A stretch of 64,000 bases of DNA, from assembly GCA_964358005.1 (NCBI GenBank), contig CAYHNH010000002.1, positions 18,596 to 82,595 of the forward strand, in the 5' to 3' direction. Made by a program: the position numbers and the translations under genes. The notes beneath the pieces were generated by a model, which worked only from the letters and a program-made list of their open reading frames with translations, was not told where the DNA came from and searched no databases. The DNA comes from an uncultured Candidatus Saccharibacteria bacterium (GTDB lineage Bacteria > Patescibacteriota > Minisyncoccia > Phycocordibacterales > PALSA-1337). Of this stretch, positions 20,320 through 30,349 are shown in pieces (the first letter of the stretch is position 1; each line of letters starts with the position of its first letter).

Positions 20320-21416
20320 TGTCCTCGAGAGCCCACATCGACAGATTCTTTCTTTACTCTACCGGAGCACTGACTATCGCCGGCTTCATCATATTCCTTT
20401 CGGCATCTCTTGGGCTTTTGTCCCAGACGGGAGCCACCTTCGGGACTGTTGCGGTAAAACAGGGGATAAGCCTGGCCATAGGCCTCGCGGCTTTCTTCGT
20501 CTTCTCTCGCCTCAAATACACGATATTCCGGAAAACAGCGACTATCATACTCGTAGGTGCGATCTTGCTGAACCTGCTCCTCTTCATTCCTAGCCTGACA
20601 CTCCACTACAATGGCGCTTCGCGCTGGATAAACCTCGGCTTGTTCTCATTCCAACCATCTGAATTCCTAAAGATAGCGGCGATCATATATTTTGCCGCCT
20701 GGCTCCACTTCGCCAAGGAGCGCATAAAATCCATGAAATTCGGCCTGCTGTCATATGTGGCCATCATGGCGATCCTAGGAGGGCTGCTACTCATCCAATC
20801 CGATACGGACACTCTGGTCATCATCGGCGTCACCGGCTTGGCCATGTATATAGTCGCAGGCATGCCCATAAAGCACTTTCTGCTGTCACTCATACTGCTC
20901 GGCACAGTCGTGGCGGGAGTCATATATTTCAGGCCCTACGCAGCCGAGCGCTTCAAGGTGTATCTGGACCCAACCACAAATACCCAAGGCTCCGGATATC
21001 AGATCAATCAGTCGCTCATAGCCATAGGCTCTGGGGGCATGTTCGGACGCGGCTTCGGCCAGAGCGTCCAAAAGTTCGGCTACCTGCCACAGCCGACCGA
21101 TGACTCGATATTCGCAGTCGCAGCTGAGGAATTCGGGTTCGTCGGCGGATTGGCTTTGCTCGTCATATACTGCCTATTCGCCATAAGCTCGTTCAGGATA
21201 GGGACGCGGTCGGTAGATGTATTCGGGGGGATGATGGCGGTCGGGTTAGCCATATTGGTCATATCGGAGTCATTCCTGAACATGGCGGCAATGCTCGGTC
21301 TGGTGCCGATATCCGGCCTGCCGCTCCTATTCGTGTCACATGGCGGCACAGCGCTCATCATCATCCTCCTTAGCGCCGGGATAGTGGCGAATGTGTCGAA
21401 GCATGGGAGAGCCTAA
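20319..21416 (+). CDS. ftsW: SEDS peptidoglycan polymerase FtsW
   Basis: GASRWI, FQPSEFLK, GYQ..QSLIAIGSGG, LPLLFVSHGG; adjacent to murG. Confidence 0.9.
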   Translation: MSSRAHIDRFFLYSTGALTIAGFIIFLSASLGLLSQTGATFGTVAVKQGISLAIGLAAFFVFSRLKYTIFRKTATIILVGAILLNLLLFIPSLTLHYNGASRWINLGLFSFQPSEFLKIAAIIYFAAWLHFAKERIKSMKFGLLSYVAIMAILGGLLLIQSDTDTLVIIGVTGLAMYIVAGMPIKHFLLSLILLGTVVAGVIYFRPYAAERFKVYLDPTTNTQGSGYQINQSLIAIGSGGMFGRGFGQSVQKFGYLPQPTDDSIFAVAAEEFGFVGGLALLVIYCLFAISSFRIGTRSVDVFGGMMAVGLAILVISESFLNMAAMLGLVPISGLPLLFVSHGGTALIIILLSAGIVANVSKHGRA

Positions 21417-21437
21417 AAATTTGATATAATAAAGCCT

Positions 21438-22574
21438 ATGAAAATCCTTCTTGCAGGCGGCGGCTCAGGCGGCCATTTCTACCCGATAATAGCCGTCGCC
21501 CAGGCGATCCGAGACATCGTGGCCGAGCGCAAGCTCATACCTCCGGAGCTCTATTACATGGCTTGCGAGCCTTATAACGCCCGCATCCTCTTCGAGAGCG
21601 ATATCCAGTTCATCGGAGTCCCGACAGGCAAGAGGCGCCGGTATTTCTCGCTCCTCAACTTCACCGACATATTCAAGACCGCATACGGTTGCCTGACGGC
21701 GCTCCTAAAAGTCTATTCCGTGTACCCAGACGTCGTATTCGGCAAAGGAGGGTACCAGAGCTTTCCGGCTCTGTTCGCTGCAAAGCTCCTGCACATTCCA
21801 GCCGTCATCCACGAATCCGACTCACACCCGGGCCGCGTCAATCTCTGGGCAGGCAAGTTCGCGAGGAAGATCGCCATCTCATATCCGAATGCCGCGCCGT
21901 TCTTCGGCGCGCGCCAGCAGGAGAAGATAGCGGTGACAGGGAATCCAGTCCGTCCAGACATAGCCAATCCGCTCCGTAACGGCGCCCACGAATTCTTGAA
22001 GCTCGAACAGGGGACCCCGGTCGTCCTGATACTCGGCGGATCGCTAGGTTCGGCCAGCATCAATGATTCAGTCATGGAGGCACTGCCGGAACTTTTGAAC
22101 CGCTACCAGATCATCCATCAAACAGGTAAGAATAATATCGAGGAGATAAGAGCGACGACTGGGGTCATCCTGAAGGACCATCCTTATGCCTACAGGTATC
22201 ATCCATTCGACTATCTAAACGAGCTCGCCCTGCGAATGTCAGCCGGAGCCGCTGATCTGGTGGTCTCACGAGCGGGCTCGACCATATTCGAGATCGCAGC
22301 CTGGGGCGTGCCCTCTATCATAATCCCGCTCTCTCCAGAGGTCTCTCACGACCAGAATGCCAACGCTTTTGCCTACAGCTCGACTGGTGCGGCTTCGGTC
22401 ATAGAGGACAGTAACCTGCACGCCCACATATTGATCTCTGAAATAGACCGCATACATGGCACGTCTAGTATCAAGGAAACCATGAAACAGAGCGCCCAAG
22501 CCTTTGCCCGCCAGGATAGCGCCAAAGTCATAGCTGGGGCCATATTGGATATTGCGCTCGCCCACGAGAAGTGA
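21438..22574 (+). CDS. murG: lipid II GlcNAc transferase MurG
   Basis: GGGSGGHFYP, TGNPVR, GGSLG, SRAG..I.E. Confidence 0.96.
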   Translation: MKILLAGGGSGGHFYPIIAVAQAIRDIVAERKLIPPELYYMACEPYNARILFESDIQFIGVPTGKRRRYFSLLNFTDIFKTAYGCLTALLKVYSVYPDVVFGKGGYQSFPALFAAKLLHIPAVIHESDSHPGRVNLWAGKFARKIAISYPNAAPFFGARQQEKIAVTGNPVRPDIANPLRNGAHEFLKLEQGTPVVLILGGSLGSASINDSVMEALPELLNRYQIIHQTGKNNIEEIRATTGVILKDHPYAYRYHPFDYLNELALRMSAGAADLVVSRAGSTIFEIAAWGVPSIIIPLSPEVSHDQNANAFAYSSTGAASVIEDSNLHAHILISEIDRIHGTSSIKETMKQSAQAFARQDSAKVIAGAILDIALAHEK

Positions 22575-22633
22575 TATCTTAAAAACTCGATAAAGTCGTA
22601 TTAGAAGCCTTAATAGCTTAGCGTTTAAAACAT

Positions 22634-23137
22634 ATGAATCCAGAATCATCAGGTTTGAGGACGTGGCAGTGGGTCGTAACAGCAGTAGTCGTCATCATCC
22701 TTATAATTATAGGGATCATGGTGTTCGGCAAGAAATCGCCGACAGCAGAGGTCCCGGCTCCGATAGCCACGACCACCCCCTCCAATACTCCGGGGGTCAA
22801 CGCCATAGTCATGTCAGACCAGTATCCTGGCAACGTAGTCTACCTATCTTCAGTCCAGGTCACCAAAGCAGGCTGGGTCGCTATCCACAAGGACGATGCA
22901 GGCAAGCCTGGCGCAATCATAGGATCAGCCTGGGTCAATGAGGGAGTCAGCCCAGTGAAAGTCACCCTGACATCTCCGATGATCGACGGCTCGACATACT
23001 ACGCCATGCTGCACTCCGATGACGGAGACAAGAAGTTCGATGCCGTGAAGGATGCACCTCTCAAGGATTCCAACAACAACGTCGTGATGCGCGTCTTCCG
23101 AGCTACGGTGACGGCGGATCAGAACACGAAGGGGTAA
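22634..23137 (+). CDS. membrane-anchored surface protein (beta-rich, GWVAIH motif)
   Basis: N-terminal TM, P/T linker, SDQ..VYLSSV..GWVAIH..YYAMLHSDDGD. Confidence 0.75.
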   Translation: MNPESSGLRTWQWVVTAVVVIILIIIGIMVFGKKSPTAEVPAPIATTTPSNTPGVNAIVMSDQYPGNVVYLSSVQVTKAGWVAIHKDDAGKPGAIIGSAWVNEGVSPVKVTLTSPMIDGSTYYAMLHSDDGDKKFDAVKDAPLKDSNNNVVMRVFRATVTADQNTKG

Positions 23138-23143
23138 ACAGGT

Positions 23144-23496
23144 GGCAGGAAAAGGGATTGATCTCAGAGACACAACGTCGGCTCCTTCACGGGAGCCGCG
23201 TCTCGTTCTCGGATGTCTTCCTGTATCCACACTATCATTTGCTTAGAGGAAGTGACTGTCGTCACTTCCTCCGCTGCTTACCCATACAGCATCTATCTCA
23301 GTCAGCCATCCTGCGAAAGGTCTCTTCGATCCAATTCCTTTTCCTGCCTCACACCCTTTACTACAGTAAAGGGTGACATCCCGAGCACATGAGGAGGATG
23401 AGGCAAGGAGACATTGCGAGCGCGACTGGCGCGAGCACGAGGAATTTCCCAGCAGGGAAATATCCGTGTCTCCTGGATGCATTCTCCTCATGTGCT
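23144..23496 (+). ncRNA. candidate structured RNA or REP-like composite element
   Basis: Two branched domains with 17-bp closing stems plus a 10-bp hairpin; G-U pairs favour the + strand. Confidence 0.5.
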
Positions 23497-23527
23497 AAGA
23501 GGGGATCGTTTTTGCTATAATGCTTTC

Positions 23528-24979
23528 ATGAACAAAGTAGTAACCCGCTTCGCCCCGTCGCCGACTGGATTCATGCACATAGGTGGAGTCAGGACAGCCA
23601 TTTTTGCCTATCTGACCGCCCGCAAATACGGCGGCACATTTATCTTGCGCATCGAGGACACTGACAAGGAGCGCGAGGTGGAGGGCTCAATAGAGCACAT
23701 CCAGAAGGCTTTACGCTGGTTAAACCTAGAGTGGAACTACGGCCCGGATAAGCCGGGGCCATTCGGCTCATGCATCCAGTCGGAGAGATTGCCAACCTAC
23801 AAGGAATTCGCACTGAAACTCATAGAAAAAGGCCTGGCATACCCTGATCCATATACGGCCGGCCAGGTTGAGACATTCCGCAAGAAGGCCGAGGCGGAGA
23901 AGAGACCGTTCCTTTACCGCGATCATCGCCCGAAGGAATTCGGCGTATGGGATGGTACCAAGCCCCTGCGCCTCAAGGTGCCAGAGGTGAAGCGCTGGCA
24001 CTGGAAAGACGCCGTCCGCGGAGATCTCGAGGGCGGCGAGGAGATGCTAGATGATTTTGTGCTCATAAAGAGCGACGGCTACCCGACATATAATTTCGCC
24101 CACATCATAGACGACCACCTCATGGGCGTCACACATATACTGCGAGCCGATGAATTCATTTCTAGCACCCCTAGATTCTTGAGCCTCTATCAGGCTCTCG
24201 ACATCGAGCCGCCTGTCTTCGCGACTCTGCCGCCCATACTACGCGACGACCGCACCAAGAAGCTCGGCAAGCGCGATGGCGCTAAAGATGTCATGGAATA
24301 TGAGAGGGAGGGCTATCTATCCGAAGCCATGCTCAATTACCTGACCCTACTCGGCTGGCATCCGTCAGACGACCGCGAGATACTCTCACTGGATGAGATT
24401 CTCAAGGAGTTCTCGCTCGAGCGCATCCAAAAGGCTGGCGCGGTCTTCGATGAGGAAAAGCTCAAATGGTTCAACCGCCAATACATCCTTCGGAAGTCTG
24501 ATGAGGAATTCTCTGAACGAGCGCAGACATTCCTGCCGGAATGGATGTCTACGAAGACCACCGCCTTCAAGCGGTTGCTACCGGTGCTCAAAGACAAGAT
24601 CCAAGTCTTTGGCGAGATATCTGGTCTTTTCGGTGAGGGTGGGGAACTGCATTTTATAAAAGCCCTGCCTGACTATACGGTCGAACTGCTTTTGTGGAAG
24701 AAGAATCCAGACAGAGCAGCCGCCTTGGCCAATCTGAATGAATGCAGAGACTTGCTCGGAAAGATCAGGAACGAGGATTTCTCTGCCGAGGCGGTCAAGG
24801 CGGCCGTCTGGCCATACGCCGAAGCCAAGGGCAGGGGAGAAGTCCTGTGGCCACTGCGGATGGCTCTCACGGGGCAGGACAAGTCCCCCGATCCATTTGT
24901 TTGCGCGGCAATACTGGGCAAGGATGAGTCGCTTTCCAGGATAGACCAGGCCGTCAAAAAATGCATCTCCGAAAAATAA
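23528..24979 (+). CDS. gltX: glutamate--tRNA ligase
   Basis: TRFAPSPTG.MHIGG, LRIEDTD, KLGKR; start ATG 23528 after TGCTATAAT. Confidence 0.97.
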   Translation: MNKVVTRFAPSPTGFMHIGGVRTAIFAYLTARKYGGTFILRIEDTDKEREVEGSIEHIQKALRWLNLEWNYGPDKPGPFGSCIQSERLPTYKEFALKLIEKGLAYPDPYTAGQVETFRKKAEAEKRPFLYRDHRPKEFGVWDGTKPLRLKVPEVKRWHWKDAVRGDLEGGEEMLDDFVLIKSDGYPTYNFAHIIDDHLMGVTHILRADEFISSTPRFLSLYQALDIEPPVFATLPPILRDDRTKKLGKRDGAKDVMEYEREGYLSEAMLNYLTLLGWHPSDDREILSLDEILKEFSLERIQKAGAVFDEEKLKWFNRQYILRKSDEEFSERAQTFLPEWMSTKTTAFKRLLPVLKDKIQVFGEISGLFGEGGELHFIKALPDYTVELLLWKKNPDRAAALANLNECRDLLGKIRNEDFSAEAVKAAVWPYAEAKGRGEVLWPLRMALTGQDKSPDPFVCAAILGKDESLSRIDQAVKKCISEK

Positions 24980-26244
24980 TATTCCTATCAGCGCTAGCTG
25001 CATGCCTCATTCCTGTAGGCCTGTCCGCACAGGATTCGGCAGACGAGCTGCAGTCGAAGATAGATGCGAGGGCTAGAGACATAGAGAGCCTGACGAAGGT
25101 CATAGACCAGTATCAGGCTGAGATAGATGCTCTGGGAGACCAAGGAATGAGCTTGTCGAAGACCCTAGCCGAGCTATCCCTCACACAGAAGAAGCTTCAG
25201 GCAGACATAGCGCGTACCAGCGGTAGGATTGATTCCAAGAACTCCGAGATCAGGCAGCTGTCATCGAAGATCGGCAAGGCGGAGGGAAATATCGCTGACG
25301 GCAAGCTCTATGTATCCGAGGCGCTCCGGAAGATGAACGAGTTGGACGATCGGTCCATACCTGCCATATTTTTATCAGGACAATCACTGTCAGATGCCTG
25401 GAGCGCCGTGAATAAGCTCGGCCTCTTAGAGAGCAGTGTCACCAAGAGGGTCAGGGAGATATCCTACACAAAAAAGGGTCTTGAAACGAATCGCAAGGCC
25501 ACCGAAAGGGCTAAGACAGAGCTTGTTAAGCTAGAGGTCCAGCTGAACGGCCAGAGAAAAGTCGTCATCGAGACCACGAAGGCCCAGCAACGCCTGCTCG
25601 CCGACACCAAGAACTCCGAAGCTGGATACAAAAAACTTTTGGCTGAGAAGGTAGCGCTCAAGAATGAATTTGAGAGGGAGATCCAGCTCTTCGAATCACA
25701 GCTACAACTGTCAGTAGACGCATCCAAACTGCCAAGGATGAGCTCGATCTTGTCGTGGCCGCTCGATAGCGTCCTCGTGACACAGTACTTCGGCAATACG
25801 CCGTTCGCCAGCGCCAATCCACAGGTTTACAGCGGAAACGGGCATAACGGCATCGATCTGCGAGCGAGCATAGGCACACCAGTCAAAGCTTCGCTTGCCG
25901 GCACTGTTATCGGGAGCGGGAATACCGATGCTATACGCGGCTGCTATTCTCTGGGCAAATGGATACTCATAAAGCACGCGAATGGCATCTCGACGCTCTA
26001 CGCCCATCTGTCCGTACAGAACGTCAGCGCTGGCAATCAGGTCGCAACCGGGCAAGTGATCGGCTACAGCGGCAATACTGGCTACACGACGGGTCCGCAC
26101 CTGCATTTCGGCGTCTACGCCTCTTCAGGCATAGAAATAAAGCAGTTTTCCGCGAGTAGGAGCTGCCGCGGTGCCACCATACCCATAGCCGTGACGAAGG
26201 CCTACCTTAATCCACTTTCTTATTTGCCGCAGGGCCGTATCTAA
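24961..26244 (+). CDS. coiled-coil + M23 metallopeptidase
   Basis: Signal peptide, long coiled coil, intact HNGID and HLH motifs. Confidence 0.92.
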   Translation: MHLRKIIFLSALAACLIPVGLSAQDSADELQSKIDARARDIESLTKVIDQYQAEIDALGDQGMSLSKTLAELSLTQKKLQADIARTSGRIDSKNSEIRQLSSKIGKAEGNIADGKLYVSEALRKMNELDDRSIPAIFLSGQSLSDAWSAVNKLGLLESSVTKRVREISYTKKGLETNRKATERAKTELVKLEVQLNGQRKVVIETTKAQQRLLADTKNSEAGYKKLLAEKVALKNEFEREIQLFESQLQLSVDASKLPRMSSILSWPLDSVLVTQYFGNTPFASANPQVYSGNGHNGIDLRASIGTPVKASLAGTVIGSGNTDAIRGCYSLGKWILIKHANGISTLYAHLSVQNVSAGNQVATGQVIGYSGNTGYTTGPHLHFGVYASSGIEIKQFSASRSCRGATIPIAVTKAYLNPLSYLPQGRI

Positions 26245-26259
26245 GGATATACTTAGACC

Positions 26260-26589
26260 ATGAAAAATAAAATGGCAAGGGAAGGGGGCCTTATAAAGAC
26301 GATACTCCTCATAGTCATTGCCATCCTCGTAGTCAGCTATTTCGGGATCAATCTAAGGGCCCTAGTGACCTCGCCGACCACCCAAGACAACGTTACCTAT
26401 GTCACAACCGCGGCCATTAACCTCTGGAACAATTATCTCAAGGGTCCAGTCACATATCTATGGAACGAGGTCTTCCTGAGCCTGATCTGGAATACAGCGA
26501 TGAATAATCTCAAGAATGGCAGCCTAGGGCAGCCTTCCATGACTGCCAGCTCGACGCCTGGCCTATCGATGCCTTCGGCGGTGCAATAA
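26260..26589 (+). CDS. hypothetical membrane protein with pilin-like N-terminus
   Basis: REGG-LIKTILLIVIAIL hydrophobic N-terminus. Confidence 0.6.
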   Translation: MKNKMAREGGLIKTILLIVIAILVVSYFGINLRALVTSPTTQDNVTYVTTAAINLWNNYLKGPVTYLWNEVFLSLIWNTAMNNLKNGSLGQPSMTASSTPGLSMPSAVQ

Positions 26590-26655
26590 TAGGGATATTC
26601 GGTATATTACTAATACGACCTGCGTAAAAGATATATTGTGCGACGTAGGACTTCT

Positions 26656-27324
26656 ATGCAGAAATGTACACATAACGACATCTCCATCATCATCCCCTTT
26701 TATAACGAGGAGGACAATGTGGAGCCGGTCATAAGAGAGGTTATGGAAAAAGTTCCGGGTGCTGAAATAGTCGCCATTGACGATGGCTCGACCGATCGCA
26801 CTGCCAGTGAGCTCCGAAAATTCCCTACCCTAAGGGTAGTCACCTTTTTTGAGAACCTTGGACAGGGGTTTGCCATTTACGCCGGGCTCGGCAGAGCGGC
26901 TAACGAGCGGTGTGTTGTTATGGATGGCGATGGTCAGTATGATCCCCTGTCTGTTATAGGTCTCGCCGATGGTCTGGACTCCGTTCACCTAGTCTGCGGG
27001 CGGCGTATGAATAGGAGCGACAGAGCTAGCGCGATTTTTGCTTCTAGATTCTCAAATTCGGTCCGCAGACTCATTTTCGGCGATCAAATCATGGACACCG
27101 GAGGTATAAAAGCCATAAGACGTTCCACCGCCCTGGACCTCCTCTGGCCTTTTGAGGGATTACACAGATATATAGCTTCCATATTCTTCCGTGCAGGGCT
27201 TCCTATGTCCGAGGTACCTGTGAATCATCGACCGAGGCTGTTCGGCACGACCAAATATACGCATTCCGGGAGAGCAATGAGAGGCCTGGTCGATCTAGTG
27301 ATGGTAAGATGCCAGATACGATGA
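26656..27324 (+). CDS. GT2 polyprenol-phosphate glycosyltransferase (DPM1-like)
   Basis: IIIPFYNEE, DDGSTD, MDGDGQYDP, LHRYI, HRPR..G.TKY. Confidence 0.9.
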   Translation: MQKCTHNDISIIIPFYNEEDNVEPVIREVMEKVPGAEIVAIDDGSTDRTASELRKFPTLRVVTFFENLGQGFAIYAGLGRAANERCVVMDGDGQYDPLSVIGLADGLDSVHLVCGRRMNRSDRASAIFASRFSNSVRRLIFGDQIMDTGGIKAIRRSTALDLLWPFEGLHRYIASIFFRAGLPMSEVPVNHRPRLFGTTKYTHSGRAMRGLVDLVMVRCQIR

Positions 27325-27623
27325 CGGGTAACATCCTGAACACGGCCACCCAGATAGCTACGATATGGACTGTAATAGGCCTCGTAGGCGCAGTGATGTT
27401 CACTTCTCGCTGGTTTGTACAGTTCTTGCATTCCCGCACAAAAGGAGTTTCGTCTGTACCGCCGCTATTTTGGGTCATGAGCGCGCTCGGCAGCGTCGCT
27501 ACTTTAGCCTATTTCATATTCGGCAACCCTGATCTCATAGGTATCATATCGAATCTCTTCCCTCTTTTCGTCTCGGTTTATAATCTTATCCTTATATCTA
27601 GACAGAAAGACAAGGTTGAATGA
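27309..27623 (+). CDS. LAB_N (lipid A biosynthesis N-terminal)/PQ-loop-like membrane protein
   Basis: IGLVGAVMFTSRWFVQ..S.VPPLFW..S..GS. Confidence 0.8.
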   Translation: MPDTMTGNILNTATQIATIWTVIGLVGAVMFTSRWFVQFLHSRTKGVSSVPPLFWVMSALGSVATLAYFIFGNPDLIGIISNLFPLFVSVYNLILISRQKDKVE

Positions 27624-27650
27624 ATAGAAGATTACTGTAGGCTTTTTTTG

Positions 27651-28484
27651 CTATCGCTGGAACTCCTCCAATAGCTCAGACGAGTAATAGAACTCGTAGG
27701 CCAAACGCCCGAAGGAATAGCGCCGCCCATCGAAGCTGACTACGGCCGCCCCTCCGACTTTCGGTTCTGAATTGGGTCTGGAATTTGAAAAGCCTATATT
27801 ATAAAGCGTAGCAATTATCTCGGGGCGCTCAGATATGTCGTAACCATAGCGATTCCATTGGGCGATAATCTCCCTGCTATACATCGCGGCATATAGATAA
27901 GAATAATAATGATCTACGGCAGTAAAACGAAGGAACAGCTCCTCTTCCGAATTCACGGCCCCCGTAGTAGATATCAAGCGCACCAAGCCAGGCCCAGGAT
28001 AAAAAGGCGTAGATTCATTTAATGCATGTGATTCAATCTTCTTCGCTGTACTGACCTTCAGCCCCATTGGTCCCAATGATATGCCGATTTTCGGATTCAT
28101 AAGGACATTCTTAACCCCCGTCAGACGTTCGAACCTGCCTTTGGATGAAAAATGGTATCTCATCTGTTCGGCAACAAGCTCGGAAACTATGAGCCGAGCA
28201 CGAATACCTGTCTCGCGCTCAACCCTATCGAGCACTGACCGGTCTGAGAGAACAGACTTCTTGAACGCTAACCACTGAGAGGTGCCGGAAAGAAAGAACG
28301 GCTTTGGTCTGCCATCCCTACCGGCTTCCCAGTACGACGCAGGTTCTGGATCAGCGATGCCCACAGCTGCAGGAAGATATATATTTGCGCCAGACACTCG
28401 TAGAAGTTGGACCACGGCAATGACCGCAACGAGCACGACGAATAGATATCTGAAGGACGTCAAAAGTTCTCTAACGCTTTTCAT
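27651..28484 (-). CDS. hypothetical protein, possible lysozyme-like fold
   Basis: TM anchor; LVAEQMR, SLGPMGLK, IATLYNIG. Confidence 0.55.
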   Translation of the reverse strand: MKSVRELLTSFRYLFVVLVAVIAVVQLLRVSGANIYLPAAVGIADPEPASYWEAGRDGRPKPFFLSGTSQWLAFKKSVLSDRSVLDRVERETGIRARLIVSELVAEQMRYHFSSKGRFERLTGVKNVLMNPKIGISLGPMGLKVSTAKKIESHALNESTPFYPGPGLVRLISTTGAVNSEEELFLRFTAVDHYYSYLYAAMYSREIIAQWNRYGYDISERPEIIATLYNIGFSNSRPNSEPKVGGAAVVSFDGRRYSFGRLAYEFYYSSELLEEFQR

Positions 28485-29304
28485 TGTATTTCGAATAGTG
28501 CTCAAGGATGCCGGCAACAGTCGCCTTGGCCATCACTTCAAATGCATATGCTCGCGACCGCTCTGATTGGAACTGCGGCTCATATACAAAGCCGTATTCC
28601 ACTAGGACAGAGCTAGCATCAAGCGTATTATATGCGCCAAGCGCGATAAGGCTATTGCTGGGGAAAATACCTTCTCTAACCTTATCCGAAATCGTCACAG
28701 GAATAACCTTTTTCAACTCGGCGTACAATGATCTTCCTATGGCGAGCGAGGTGGATGCGTTATGAAGTCCATCACCAGGAATGAACACAGTGAATCCCCT
28801 GCTCCGGCCAGGTTGATCAGCCTTTCTGAAGTCATCATTGAAATGAACGCTGAGAACCAGGTCTATATCGTTCTCGTTAGCCCACAGATTTGTGCCATAT
28901 AAATGTATCGCTGTTTCATCGCTCACCTCAGTGTGTGCATCCCCTCGGTCGCCCTTGGGGCGCAATCCGATTATGTAGAGAAAACGCTCCCAAAACTGAT
29001 GGCGGCGCTTGAAGCTTAGGATGTCCTCCTTGCGCGCCACGAAATGATCAGCTAACTCGGGCAACCAGAGGGATGCATCTCTCGATATGATCGCATCGAA
29101 TTTTCCGTCATGTATCAATTCATCGGCAATCAGGATCGACAGCTCGAGGGCCAAGTCGCGTTCGTGTGTATCACGAAAGCTGGCACCGCCGGAGGTAGGT
29201 TCATGGCCTGGAATTACGAGAATCCGCGTAGTAGCACCTGCAGCTGCTGGAAAATAAAACAGCAATATGAATGTCGCAAGTCCTATTATAGCCAATCTTT
29301 TCAT
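28471..29304 (-). CDS. N-acetylmuramoyl-L-alanine amidase (Amidase_3)
   Basis: ILVIPGHE, ERDL, LSVHFN, SVLVEYGF. Confidence 0.85.
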   Translation of the reverse strand: MKRLAIIGLATFILLFYFPAAAGATTRILVIPGHEPTSGGASFRDTHERDLALELSILIADELIHDGKFDAIISRDASLWLPELADHFVARKEDILSFKRRHQFWERFLYIIGLRPKGDRGDAHTEVSDETAIHLYGTNLWANENDIDLVLSVHFNDDFRKADQPGRSRGFTVFIPGDGLHNASTSLAIGRSLYAELKKVIPVTISDKVREGIFPSNSLIALGAYNTLDASSVLVEYGFVYEPQFQSERSRAYAFEVMAKATVAGILEHYSKYNEKR

Positions 29305-29327
29305 AGGTCGACTTCATCATACCATGC

Positions 29328-29358
29328 AAAAAAAGGCCGGCGAACTAAATCACCGGCC
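29328..29358 (-). terminator. intrinsic terminator
   Basis: Minus strand GGCCGGTGA-loop-TCGCCGGCC-T7. Confidence 0.7.
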
Positions 29359-29380
29359 CGTGCAAAAGCGACAACCACAA

Positions 29381-30349
29381 CTACGGAGCGGAGGCGATGC
29401 GGACGTCTGACCGGCGCTTCATGTAGGGCTGGATTATCTCCGCCTTGACCATGATGTGCCGAATCGAGGGGCCATCTCGGACATTGAAAACTAGATCGCC
29501 TAGTTCGGTGAACACCGCGCCGAGGATGACCATACCGGCCTTCATGCCGGCATCCGCGTATGGCTTGTCAGCCTTGACGCTGACGACGCGGAGACCGACG
29601 AGATTGCCATCGCCATCACGCTCGTTCTTGATCTCCATCCACGTCTTGATCTCATCGACGATGAACGGCTTCATTACGAGAGCCTCCCCTTCCGTCACGA
29701 TCGGGGCCCGCCAGTCCAGGATCAGATCCGGACGGCTGGCGATGGATTTCGGGAGAGGTAGCGTCACCTTGTGCATCTGTGACACCCTGGAACGGAACTC
29801 TTCAGCGCTCCTGGTCGAATCCTTGAATCCGACCGTGAATTTGCCCGGTCCGAGCTCTTGGACGAACCAGCGCGAATCGGAAAACCGATACCAGAGCCCG
29901 TGGACGACAGTGCGGTCGCCGGTCTTTTTCGTGTTGATGGCGACTGGCTCCGCGCGATCTCGATCGAGCTTCCGTGCTGTTACACGCCAGGTTTCCTTGA
30001 GGACATCTTCCGTAGACATCCCCTCAGGAAGAACGAACGGGGCCTCACTGCGGACATAGGCTAGGAAGACCGGTGTCCGTTTTTTCGAAGCGGACCAATA
30101 GACCTTCCAGCCAGTGAGCGCGTCATTCGAGATGATCGGCTCGTAGCTGATGATCTGCGCATTTGGCGTGACATTCATCCAGCGATCGACCATCACGGTC
30201 GAACTGAACGCCTGTCGGCCGATCGTCTCCACTGGGAGCGGGCGATACAGCTGAATCACCTGAATCTGCGTATCCACAGACTCTCCGGCAAATGCCTGGG
30301 GAAAGATCCCCAGCATGAGCAATGCAAAGAACAAGCGAATCATTTTCAT
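29381..30349 (-). CDS. secreted protein with C-terminal PDZ-like segment
   Basis: GGAGG RBS, signal peptide, GLRVVSV...ADAGMKAGMVIL; promoter TTGATA-N17-TATATT at 30399-30427. Confidence 0.65.
   Translation of the reverse strand: MKMIRLFFALLMLGIFPQAFAGESVDTQIQVIQLYRPLPVETIGRQAFSSTVMVDRWMNVTPNAQIISYEPIISNDALTGWKVYWSASKKRTPVFLAYVRSEAPFVLPEGMSTEDVLKETWRVTARKLDRDRAEPVAINTKKTGDRTVVHGLWYRFSDSRWFVQELGPGKFTVGFKDSTRSAEEFRSRVSQMHKVTLPLPKSIASRPDLILDWRAPIVTEGEALVMKPFIVDEIKTWMEIKNERDGDGNLVGLRVVSVKADKPYADAGMKAGMVILGAVFTELGDLVFNVRDGPSIRHIMVKAEIIQPYMKRRSDVRIASAP

Noticed and set aside
23158-23527. Short ORFs and the gltX N-terminal extension; hammerhead ribozyme or T-box
   Set aside because: Region is dominated by base-pairing; gltX has a -10 just before ATG 23528; no CUGANGA core or T-box consensus found
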